Below, piece after piece: positions 26,965-38,971 of a DNA stretch of 64,000 nt (positions within the stretch are counted from its first letter, which is position 1; each line of letters opens with the position of its first letter). The notes under the pieces were generated by a model, which was not told the DNA's origin, made no database searches, and saw only the letters and a program-made list of their open reading frames with translations. The DNA lies in NCBI RefSeq assembly GCF_036321535.1, contig NC_087437.1, positions 91,390,001-91,454,000 on the forward strand, read 5' to 3'. A program made the translations under genes and the position numbers. This DNA comes from Camelus dromedarius. Lineage: Eukaryota.

Positions 26965-27165
26965 TATAATGCTAAACTGATACTAAAAGAAAATCTACCA
27001 TGTGTTAAGCATTGTGCACATATGACATCATCAAAATGGTTGCCATTTTACAGCTGGGAACCATAGGCCAAAAGATTAAATATCTTGTTGAATTTTTATA
27101 CTTGTAGAAGATAGTTGACCCAACATTTAAACCTACATCTGTTTGTGTCCAGAGCCTTTGCTCGA
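26965..27165 (-). mobile_element. MIR SINE
   Basis: 'ctaccatgtgttaagcattgtg...ccattttacagctgggaac...atttaaacctacatctgtttgtgtccagagcctttgctc'. Confidence 0.65.
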
Positions 27166-28021
27166 GCTCTTGTATTTGGATGCCTCTGATGTCCCTTTGT
27201 GTTTAGACTCAAAATTATACTAAGACTTCTGTATTTGGGGAAATTTTACTCCCTCTAAGATCAAATTAGATGTGATTAATTTATAGGCAAAATTAATTTT
27301 TTGAAAATAAGTCAATAGTTGACGTTTTTGTTCTCATGTCAATACTAGAGGAGAGATTAATTCTACTAGCATTAATGAATTTGGTGCTATGATTGTTTAC
27401 TTATAATTTTTTTCTCTCATATAACCTTTTCTGAGACAATTATTTTTCACATATTGTTAATCATTTTACCAAATTAGTTTCAAAATTAAACATAAACATA
27501 TACATTTAAAACTCTGCTTTTATGATAAATGACACTTTGAATAATTCCCAAACATATAAATTACTAAAAATACAACTAATTAATAATACAATCACTAAGA
27601 TAATATACAATGGACACTAGTGATTTCAACTAGTGAAATAGTTGATTTCCTACATCTGATACTTAATAAAAAGTGTTGCTTTATGTCTAATAACATGACA
27701 CTAGGTATAATAAAGCAAGTCACATTAGTTTCCTGTTTTATATCCATTAATGAGAATTAGGAATAAAAATTATGCTATGAAAAATTCCATACCATGCTGT
27801 ATCCTTATCTTATGAATAACTGATCCATAGATGAGATAAGATAAAAATTTAAGTTAATTAACTTTTGGAGTCCTCAGTTAATTAAGCTAGGTAATGAAGA
27901 ACTACATGCATAGCAAAGAAATCATTGACCCAGAGTCAAAGAATAAAATAGGGCTTGAAGTATTTGTTCGGTATTTTATATTTCTCTGGTATCTTAAGGG
28001 ACACTTTTATTTTTTAGCTTT

Positions 28022-28041
28022 TGTGTGTGTGTGTGTGTGTG
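28022..28041 (+). repeat. (TG)10 microsatellite
   Basis: Read directly. Confidence 0.9.
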
Positions 28042-29229
28042 CAGTTGTAGATAGATATGAATATCCCTATACTCTCATTACTAATACTACTTCATATTCA
28101 TTTTTATATGGTCTTTGCAATCCATCCAAAATATCCAGAGACATGCAGGAGTTGTACAACATTAAAAGTTAACGTGCAACCGTGAAAATATATTTTATCT
28201 TTGATGAACTCACACTGTAAGTGAATATTTCTGGATTTCCCTGTAAGGAAAATTATCTACATGGTGTCCTAGATTTTTTACAAACCGAAAGACGCTTTAA
28301 ATGAATAGGGGAGAGAGGGAGGAAATGCTTAAGCTTTTACTGCCTTAACTGAAGTTGCTCCACACTGACTGGGAGTTCCCTGGTCCTTCTTTGCACCCAG
28401 CTGTGAACAGTTAGGAAAACAGAGGCAGGACATGAAGCAAAGGTTGATATAAGTACACATCCTTATTTTGCCTTGTTTGAAATTCGTAACATTTAAGTCA
28501 CTTGAGGTCTAACTATAACCCCCTAGAAAAATCTTGGTTCAATTCAACTAACGTGATCACATTGAGTTATGATCATATTAAAGACAACCCAGGAGTAGGA
28601 ATCAAGAAACCTCCCAACCACACACAAGGCTTCAGTCAAGTTGAAGGATTTGTTTCCTTTAAAAGAAAAGAACAAGAAAGAGAAACAGAGAGAAAGTGGC
28701 ATAGAAACAGGCACCAGAAAGAAGATGGCATTGAAATTTTCGGATCTCTTATATTGACTCTCACCTCTTTCGTGGTTCTTTTCTAAGGCTGGTCCTGGTT
28801 ATAACACCACTTATGACTTTGATCGATGTAGGAAGAAAATGATGAATTTTTCAGACAGATTTTTGTTTAACCTAGCTGACACATGCTTTTGTATTCTTTT
28901 ATAAATGATCTGTTGATTTGAAGATAATTTTTTTTCCATTCCCCAGTGGTTTCAGTAACAATTTTGTTCAAACACCTCATATTAGACTTGTAAGTAAGAT
29001 GAAGAAATACAGTTTTTTGTTCTTTGCCAGAAAGAACAGGAACTTCATATTCTTTCTTTTTTTAAATGAAAGGGAGACTTAAATAGGATTGAAGTAATTG
29101 AAAAATGGTCTTTGTGTGTAGAATGAGCATACTGAGAAAGGAGATGATACTTGGATCATAAAAGAATGGCCTATTAGAACTTTCAACCAGATAATTCTAT
29201 CATTAAAGAATAAGCCTGTCTGAATGCTT

Positions 29230-29287
<58 letters not shown>

Positions 29288-29295
29288 TGTGTGTG
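29230..29295 (+). repeat. Long (TG)n microsatellite, about 33 units with two interruptions
   Basis: Read directly. Confidence 0.95.
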
Positions 29296-31481
29296 TTTTC
29301 CAGCCGAAATCATACTATTGAAGTTTTTGCAACAGTTGACAGTTTTCTAAAGTAAAACCTACTGCCTTTGGCAAAGGACTGAAGCTCTGGCATAACCATT
29401 TGGCCACTTTTTTCAAATCCTTTCGTGGGAGGGACGTCCTAAATGACTGAAGGACTAATGTAGTAATGAATGGTGCAAAAACAATGTTCCTGTGCAGTTG
29501 AAGGCAGTTATTAATTTGTTTCAGTTGGATGCATATGCCAGAAAGCTCAATTTATGCAGGCCATTCAAGGCAAGAGGGAAAGAGATCGCTCAGCCTGAGG
29601 GAACGTAATAGTGAAACATTTCTTAAACAAGATCTGTTCTTGCGTACAACACAATGTCACTTTCACAAGCCAATATTCAGGGGGGAAAAAGGAAAACTAA
29701 CAAATTTCTTTAAGCTTTTCTCCAAATATCTTAAATTAAAAAATAGCAGTTAGAGTTTCCACCTTCCCACCTTATTTCCCCTCATGTCCAGCGGAGTAAG
29801 TACTTGGAAATATGTTCTCACTGCTACACAAGGTGGCATTCTTATACTTACAGGCTGGGGTGGCTTATATGCCTTTAAGATTTTTAAGTACTAAATAATT
29901 AAAATATGCATTGCCAGTTTTTGACATTTAAATGTCTATTTAAAACTCACAGCTTTATCTGTGTTGAACTGTCTAGACAAGAATCATCCCTGATTAATAT
30001 TTCTACACTGATCTACTTTATTTCACCCTAATTTGAATATAGGGAAACTTATTTTCTAGGCTATAAACTGTTTTCATGCAAAATTACATATTTAGAAGAA
30101 CATTTCAGGAAAGTACTGCACGTTTCCAGTAACTGAATAATGAATCACACCTAAATCTGTGTCTTAACCATGCCAGCTTTATAGTCTCATGCTGTTTCGG
30201 CTTTTTGTTTTATTTTGTTTTGTTTTGAAGTATTCACAGTGAATTTAGGCAAAATTCTCAGAGGTGTTACAATATCATGTATCAGCATTTTTATTTCCAT
30301 GTTGGTTATATTCCAAGTTGGATATATACCTGTTTTCTCTAACTGGGAGATGATGGTGATATTTTCAATAAAAATTGAAAATTGCATAAGTTTTTTAGAA
30401 TATTCTTCAGAAGAATTGTGTTTCATTCTGCATTACTAAATATTCTTAATTATTTCATATTAAGTTCCATAGAATTAATAGCCATAAAATTCTGTTGCAG
30501 TCAAATCTATATGAGCAAACCTACCCATGTGTTAAGATGATTACTAAAAAAATCAAACTTACCCTATTTACATTAGAAAACCACTGAGTCATTTAAAAAT
30601 CAACTGAAAGTCAGTGTTTTTTCAAAGTCCTGGATCTAATAAAATGTGGAAATATTAGTTTCATCTCACAGTAAGTTGTAATCATCTAAAAACCATGAAA
30701 TCATTTTTATAGTTTTGCTTTAAATAATTAGAACTAACTAGAAAAAAAAAAAAAAACCCAGTCTCTACTTGAACCAAAACATTTGTATTCTAGCTATTGG
30801 AGCAATGTCATATGTTTTTAATGATATGTAATTTCTACATGTGGGTCAAAACATAAATAATGTTAAAATTTTACATAAAGCTCTAAATACTTGATGTAGC
30901 TAATTGAAATTCAACAGAGTTGTCCTAGGGCAGATGGTTTGCTTTGTGATGAGCAAGAACATCCTCTGAAATTGGTCCAGGTAAGAGAATTTGTCCCCTA
31001 ATAAAGTTATCTGAAATGTGAGCCAAGTGAAATGATTTGTCAATTCATTGTAATTTGATTTGAAAAGGCAAACTTTTTTTTCAAAATTGATAACTAACAG
31101 AAAGTTAATTAAAATACTAATTTTAAAGACTTCCTAAAATCAACAAGAACAAAATGATCTGTGAAAATTAAGGACCATAATGTCAAAGAAAGGGGAAATG
31201 GAAGGAATGACGTGAAGAATACATGAACAAAGAGAAAAATTGAACCCAGAGAGGATAAGGTAGCAAATAAAGCAGTGTGTTAAGGAAGAGACAGGTATTC
31301 ATGCCCTCTAAAACCTGCATGTAATTTTCTCATTTTTCTTCAATCTTTGAAGCTTAAGTGCTTCCTTCTGGACCATTTTACCAGTAAATCAAACTCTTGG
31401 TGACTTTAAAAAATCTTTGAGGGCATTCCTGTGGGAAAGTGAGGGACTTGGAGGCAGAAAAAGCTCTGCTGGTAACAACAT

Positions 31482-32006
31482 TGTGCCTGGAGTTTTTACC
31501 ATGGAATAGGTTCCTAGTTATTGCAGGAAAGAATTGAAGAGAGAACCATAGTAAAGTGAAAGTAGACTTATTCAGGGAGATACACACTCCATAGACTGAA
31601 TGTGGTCCATCTCACTCAGAAGGGTGAATAGCCCCAAAGTGAAGGGATGGTTAGTTTTTATGGGCCAGGTAATTTCATGTGCTAATGAGTGAGAGGATTA
31701 TTCCAACTATGTTAGGGAAGGGGCAGGGATTTCCAAGAATTGGGTTGCCGCCCACTTTTGACCTTTTAAGGTCAGCCTGGGAAGGGCCATGGCACCTGTG
31801 GGAGTGCCATTTAGCAGACTAATGTATTACAATGAGCGTATAATGAAGTTCAAGGTCTTTTGGAAGTTAAATCTTCCACCTTCTTGGTGGAAGTGGAACC
31901 TTTCACCATCTTGGCCCTGGTCAGGTTTTAACCAGTTTCTGTCCTGTCCTCAATTGCTGTGTCATTCTTTTAATAGTTGTGCCCTGCCTCCTTCCCTCCT
32001 ATCTCA
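31482..32006 (-). mobile_element. ERV1 solo LTR (Laurasiatherian, LTR39-like; subfamily uncertain)
   Basis: Reverse complement starts TGAGATAGGAGGGAAGGAGGCAGGGCACAACTATTAAAAGAATGACA. Antisense AATAAA (tttatt near 31568) and CATAAAA TATA-like site (near 31656). Internal 27-bp duplication at 31861-31914. Confidence 0.85.
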
Positions 32007-33809
32007 AAGTCAGAAAAGGAGGGGCAAGGGAAGTTGAGAGAGCACAAAACCCAGCAGAGCCTAGAAGGAGAGGTATTTGCATGATCTTCCCAGTTAGCTT
32101 CCCATTTTAGAGTGAACGTATCACGAGGCAACCAGAGTCTCTAACTGGATACAGTGAGGAGACATTTCGAAGTCCCTGTGTTTCCTGAAGCCATAGTGCG
32201 ATTATTTTACTCAAAATTAAGAGGTTCATTCAGGTGAGTAGCAGTGTAGGAAAGGTGCTGAGGAGTTGATCCTAAGAGGAAAAAGAAAAATCGGCATGAC
32301 TGAAACTGAGGCTGTGGCTGACCACGCTACTGCTGTGGATGTCGTGGGGATTATGTCCCCTCTGTCGCAGGTAATGGAATTTGATATATTGAAAGATCAA
32401 ACATAAGGCACTGCTTTACAATTTGTCTTTAGGAAGGACTTTATTTCCAAGTTACATGCTGAAATGACTCCATTGGCAAGGCAGAACAGAATATAAGATT
32501 CAAAAATCTTAAGTCACATTTCTATTTGCATTTTTTCCCCAACAAAGCAATGTGAAACACTCTGTGAAGCCCTCCTGCATCAACTCAGCAAGGAATTAAG
32601 AAAAAACTGAATATACAGAAAATACCATGGATTGAAATGCTTTTTTTTTTTTTTTGCGGCTGGTGTACAAATGGAATGAATACAAAAATTACAAAGCCAA
32701 GATAACGCTTGTAGTTTCTCTCAGAATGTGAGAAGGCAAGTTTCTAAAAAAATACTTTTATTCTAATCCTACTCAATCAGGTCAGGTCAAGGTGAGATAA
32801 AAATTAATGCAACTTTCTTTTTTACCTTTAATTTTAATGTACTCCTTTATTTCTGTGTTTTTTTTTTTTTTCTTCTTTGTCCTTGTCGGAGGTCTTCTTG
32901 GTCAGGTAATGAATTTTTAGTATTAGTATTTTCACGAAGGTATAAAGTTCTTTGCTTTGTTCCCTCTGAACTCTGAATGCTCACCTTGCATTAAGAATCT
33001 GCTCTATTTATTTGGAGTCAATAATGCAACTCCATGAGTTGTGAGCACTAGAATATTACCTTTGTGCACTAATTAATTGAATATGGTAATGAGGGCATCC
33101 CTACAAAGTCAAAGTAGGAGAAAATGAGAAATAAGGCAATTTATTTACCAATGCAGAAACAGTGAAAGCAGGTTTTACTGTCCCTAAAGCAGCAGTTTTT
33201 AAAAGTTATATTTTACACATGTAGTTCTGTGTTCATATTTGAACAGATATAAGAGTCCATTTTATTTTAGCTTTTTAAAATTTAAAAATAGTGACAATGC
33301 CTTAAACCTAAGATGTCAAGTTAAACTATTAATACTACTATATTAATTCTTTCAAATTACTGTTAAAAATAATTTGTTTCTTCCTTATATTTTTAAGCTT
33401 AAAATTTATTTCTTAAACATATATTTTTGTATGTTTTATAGCCAAATCTTTATATTATAGCTATAGTAAATTTTCTTGGTCACCCTCACTGTAATTTAAG
33501 AGCAAAAATAAAATTGTATCATTAAGAAATAGTTAATAATTACATAATCAATTTTTCGAAGAAAATGCTAATAATCAATAGTCAATCACAAATTAAACAT
33601 TCTATTTTTACTTTTCATGAAGTAGTTTTGGCTGCTTAACTGAAAGGTTACTACTCACCCAACCCACAGAAATAAAATTGGTGACCTCTTAATTAAAAAC
33701 AAAGAAATAAAATTTAACTTTTCTTTGTTTCATGCTTAATAATTGCCCTCATATTTTAGGACAGTTTTCATGGAAAGTTGAAGTAGGTCCATAAGATATG
33801 TAAACTATA

Positions 33810-33878
33810 TGTGTGTGTGTGTGTGTGTATATATATATACATATATATATACATATATATATATAAATATATATATAT
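33810..33878 (+). repeat. Compound (TG)n(TA)n microsatellite
   Basis: Read directly. Confidence 0.95.
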
Positions 33879-34156
33879 TTATTTGTACATGTAACTGTAC
33901 TGACAAAATATGTATCATTAGTGTCTCTGAACATAGTAGATTAAGAAAGAAGGAGATTGGAATTCATGGAGTTCAGAGGTCACTACTAGCATCACATCTT
34001 AAAAAACTGCTATTGTTTTCAAAGATGTGGTCATGGAGGGTATTACCATGCTTGTTCACAAAATGTCATTTTAGGCACTGTCAAAGAAGGAATATTACAT
34101 TAGTTGGAAAACTGAACTGAGAAAGTATGACATTTTCTCTGGGGTATTATTGTTAA

Positions 34157-34159
<3 letters not shown>

Positions 34160-34192
<33 letters not shown>
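34160..34192 (+). repeat. (TA)16 microsatellite
   Basis: Read directly. Confidence 0.95.
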
Positions 34193-34195
<3 letters not shown>

Positions 34196-34944
34196 GCATC
34201 TGCATGTCAGTTGGTAGAGCTCTATCTAGTTTTAAAAATTTCTAAGTAAGTGTTATTTCACCAATAGTAGCTGTTTCCAACATAAGGAGGGAAAGGTGAA
34301 TACATTTATGCTTAAATTTAGACTTAATCTCTTAATAATTCTTGGTTAGATGATAATAGGAGCAGTGGTTAAATCTGAAACTATTCCTGTGAGAGGTAAA
34401 TATAGTATCTCATTTTGTTTTCTCACCAAATGTATTTGTTATATAAGGACAAATCTGTCTATCTATCCATCCCCTTTACAATACCACACAATCAATTAAA
34501 TTCTCTGCTTTCAAAACCACAGCTATTTTTGAAAATAATCCCTTAGGTAATTTAAGTTTCTCTAAGTACCTTGATTAATATGACTCATTTTCTCTAGTCC
34601 CTTATTTTTCTCTCAAATATTGGCCAACTCAGGTTACTTTCCATTTCTAAATTCATCTGTGATTATTTTCAATCTCATTGTTGTGATTTAAAATACAAGT
34701 GGCAACCACTGTGGCATTCATTTTTGTTTTAGTAACTGATATCTTTTCAAAAATTTAGCTCTTACTTTCTCCTAACTTGAACATTCTTGCTGTTGAGAAG
34801 AAATCATCTAAGAATGTGTTCTTTCTGAATTTTTCTACTTAGGCAAATATGTGTAAACTGACTTTTCAGAAAGGATTCATAGAACATTAATATTTCAGAG
34901 CAAGCTTAGCCTTAATGCAGTAACTTGGGGCTTCTCCATCTAAA

Positions 34945-35095
34945 GCAATGATTCATAAAATATAATGTACATCTGAATCATCTGGGGGTGCTTGTTAGAC
35001 ATGCAGATTCTTGGACCACCTCCACATCCACTGAAGCAGAATTTCTAGGGGGAACTTTTTATGCAGATAAACACAGATCATGCTCTGGCAAAGAC
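34945..35095. mobile_element. MER5-like hAT-Charlie fragment
   Basis: 'gaatcatctgggggtgcttgttagacatgcagattcttggacc...actgaagcagaatttctaggg'. Confidence 0.7.
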
Positions 35096-35199
35096 TTAGC
35101 TAGCTGAATGAAACTAGCTAACGTTTTAAAAACTACAGATTTAAACTCCTTCTGTGTCCTTTGAAGCTCATCTTAAAATTCACAGAGTGCAACAAAATT

Positions 35200-35320
35200 A
35201 GCCAGTTTTCTTTTCTATAAAAAGAGAACTAACATTTGTCAAAGAGCTGGAAATTGGAAGAGTAAGGTTCAAACGCAGATCCGTCTGGCTCCCAAATTTG
35301 TACACTTTCTGCAACAATAT
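35200..35320 (-). mobile_element. MIR fragment
   Basis: 'aaattggaagagtaaggttcaaacgcagatccgtctggctcccaaa'. Confidence 0.5.
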
Positions 35321-35739
35321 GGACATCAATTCTAGTTTAAGAGTTTCTTGCATGAATATATGAATCACTTTGGTATCTTTTTTGTATAATCAAGTAAGGG
35401 AAAAGCAAAAAATGTGGAGTTAGAGTTTGCCTGTGTTTACGTTGCAGCTCTCGCAGTAACATTGGTTTACAACTTTGAAAATAATATGGATGAAAATCTC
35501 ACTTTCTTAACCTCCAAAACCTCTGTGACCGTTCTATTTCAATTTTCTTTACATAATATTTTCCAATAATTCAATTCCCATTTTTCTTAATGCTTTATTT
35601 TTAAAACTCATTTTGGGCTTTAAATGTTGTATTGATTTTGCATGCCTTTGTTCTCAAACTTTAATCTCTTATCTCAATTACCATAGGGCTTCAAAAAAAT
35701 GAATAGAAACAGATGAGTGAAAAAATATTGCAATGAGCT

Positions 35740-37560
35740 TTTAAAATTTTTATTTTGAAGTACATTATTTACAGAACAGTTAAAAAAAGGATATGAAAAT
35801 GGGTTATAAAAAAAGTTACCAAAAAAAATGACCTTTACCTACATTTCACATGTTAGCATTTTTATAACATTTCCTGTAACCTTCTGTTTCTCTCTTTGTC
35901 TCTCTTTCTCCATCTCTCCAGATGAGTAAGTTACGCATGCCTTATACAGTCACAATGTAATTATCAAATCAGAAAATTTATATTAGTACAATATAATTAT
36001 GTAATCTATTGATAATTTCATCAATTGTCCCAATATAACTAATTTACTAGAACTCAGTCATGGATTTCATGACGTATTAGTTATTGTGTATTTTTAAGCT
36101 ACCTAATTTGGAAATATTTCTTGTTTTTTCTTTGTCTTTTAGGACCTTGGTATTTCAAAAAGGAAAAGATAATTATTGTATAGAATGTGCCATAATGTGT
36201 ATTTGTCTTGTAATTCATCATGATTTTGTATTTCAGCTTATGCTTTTCTGGCAGGAATTCCATAAACTAGCTGTTTAGCTTCCAATGATTGATTAAAAAA
36301 AAATGTGATGAAGATGTGCCCCATTACTGATGATGTTAACCTTTATGACTTGGGTTAGGTAGATTTCTGCTAGATTTCTCCATCGTATTTTTCTAAGTAT
36401 GTTCTTGGGAGATAATTTGTGACAGTATATTCTCATGTTTATCATTCTTTTGCCAACAATGTGAATGATTAATGCCTGAAATATTTATGACTATTCATTA
36501 ATGATATTGTCTGAAAAATTATTGTGATAGTTGTCAAATGGTGATTTAGTAATTCCATCTTTCTTTTACTATTGTTACTTGGAAATTAGTCATGAGTCAA
36601 AGTCTTTTCTTGTCTTCTACCTATTCATCTATTTATCAGCTATTTTTATTCATAATGATATGATTGAATTTATTCTTATTTTATTCAGTGAGTTATAATA
36701 TGTTTTGAGTATTAGACTAAGACTATATAAGAACTCATTGGATTTTTTCTTTATTTATTACATTTAGTATTTCATTTTCTACATTAGACACCTGATGCAT
36801 TGGAATGTATTCTTACCTATGGTGAGATACATGGTTCTGATAATTATTTTTTATTTGTCCAAACATTGTCTGGTTGTCCCAGCACTGATATTTAAAAGTT
36901 TATCTTTCCCATGGTGATTAGATTTCCATTTTTAAGATAAATTCTCTGTTATAAAACTTAAATATTGTATATATATTCATAAGACTTTACATTATTTATG
37001 TTGTGTATATCTTCTATATTTTGTTTATATTTTGTCTACTTAAGCAGTCTTGTAGTGCAAGTCCTTGAATTTCCTTTTGCCTAGCAGAGGTGGATACTTT
37101 GTCACTTGGTGAAAGGATATTTATCTAAATTGTGAATTGTCACTTTTAGCCTTAAAAGAAGTGTCCTTTGCATGAGTAAAGCTATTTCCATTTGAATTAC
37201 ACTTTGTCTGGTACAAGATAACTAACCCTGCATCTTTATTGTTTCAATCCTCCTATTGTATCTTTGGCAGTCTCTTTATTCTTAGCCTTCTCTTAATCAC
37301 TTTAAGTGTATATCTTGTATAAAGCAGATAGTTGACATATATTTTATATGATTTTATTGGGTTTTTTTCTTATTTTTCTCTATTGTTTTTAGAGTTTATA
37401 TGGGTACAGATCGCTTTAGGTAGTCATCATTTTCTCAGCTATGTGGAAGATCTTGGTGCTGCATTTTTACTCCCTAATCTTTATCTTGGTTATGGTGCTT
37501 GAAATGATCCACAACTCCTCTTTTAGCCTGAGCAATCATCCATGGCCCGATTTTATATAG
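35740..37560 (-). mobile_element. Old L1 (L1MC4/5- or L1ME-like) 3' UTR and ORF2 fragments
   Basis: 'ttttattttgaagta...cacaatgtaattatcaaatcagaaaattta...ttgtatagaatgtgcc...cccattactgatgatgttaac', then 'ggttgtcccagcactgatatttaaaagt' and 'ctaaccctgcatctttattg...tcttgtataaagcagatagttg'. Confidence 0.7.
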
Positions 37561-38470
37561 TTTTATTATTTTAATCACTTTGTTTCATTTTAAAATATTT
37601 TATAGAATGATGTTTTATAGTGGCTTATGAGACATTTTCATGAGAGACAGTGATTCAAATATACAAATAAGCATTTGAAGAAGTAAAATATTACATCTGA
37701 ATGAACATATTTTTTCAAGTCATTTAATATGTATTTTCTACTAAAGTAATAAAATATTATGAGTACATATTTGACTATTTTATCTCTGAATGTTTAAATA
37801 ATTGTTAGCTAAAGATGTCTTTCAGTGGATATTCACCTTAGTAAAATAGAATATTATCTTCTATTCAGTCTTTTATAGTATTTTTACTATGTATGATACA
37901 TAGGATTTTCACATATTGCTAAAAAAACTGACATGGTACATAAGTTGCAATCCTACTATAACAATTCTTGCTTTATAAAGGACTTGTAAAAAAAGTATAA
38001 AAAGATGAAAAGATTATTACATTCTTTCTAATATATTTTTGCTTTATTATCAATGTCTGTATTTGAATGCATGATGTTTTTTAGTAAGTGAGAATTTATG
38101 TAAGAAAAAGGCAATCCATTCCAGTAGTTGAGAATTTCAGAAATATGACACTGGAGTGAATAATTCTTGAGTGAAATGGGAGAGTTGCTTAATAGTTTTA
38201 TGCCAACTATTTAGAATAAATAAAAAGAGAATGGATAGATACACACAGAAGACAACAGATAAAATGTTGAAGGGAATTACAGCCCTGTGATTGGAAGTAA
38301 AGGATCTAAGGGGAGATCACAGCTGATAACTACACAGCTATGTCTATATACCCATAAGATTGTCATGTTGAACGTTAGATTAGGTCTGTATGGGACTAAA
38401 GGTTAAAGCAAAGTTAATTGATGAAGACTTATAAGAACATCATTTGTCTAATAAAAATTTTTTTTCAAAA

Positions 38471-38971
38471 TGTAATAGATTAAAAACAAAGCTACAGTAT
38501 CCTATAGCTCCTTGTGAAGTGTTGGCATCTATTCCCCATGCTTTGAAACTACGTTGGCCTTGTGATTTGCAGTGACCATAACATATGGTAGAATTTATGC
38601 TGTGTAAGTTCCAGATCTTGGGTCTAAAGAGGCCTTAGAACTTCCACACCTGACTTTCATGGGCGATTGTCTTTAGACTGACATGTCAAGAGTTAGTCTT
38701 GTTACTGCAGATTAAGAGGTCACTAGTGTGGATTAGAAACAGCATGGCACAGCTGACCGCCACCTTCCCTGCACACTCATGAGTAGGGCCATCTTGGATA
38801 TTCTAGGCCAGCTGTTCCTCTCACTAACTGCAGCCACATGAGTGAGTCTTAGCACACTCAGTAGCAGATCCAGCCAGCCAACACACAGAATTTTGATAAA
38901 TATTACACTGTTGTTGTTTTAAGATACCAGTTTGGGGGTAATCTGTATGTCTGCAATAGTTAATTCATGCA
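38471..38971 (+). mobile_element. MaLR solo LTR, MLT1H-like, with perfect 5-bp TSD
   Basis: Runs from TGTAATAGATTAAAA to 'gttttaagataccagtttgggggtaatctgt...gcaatagttaattcatgCA'. TSD caaaa at 38466-38470 and 38972-38976. Confidence 0.85.

Noticed and set aside
32111..32232. Possible exon (ttttag| ... cag|gtgagt)
   Set aside because: Stops in all three frames and a modest acceptor. A non-coding exon cannot be excluded, but nothing supports it.
33749..34120. ORFs with CVCV/YIYI runs
   Set aside because: Translations of the TG/TA microsatellite.
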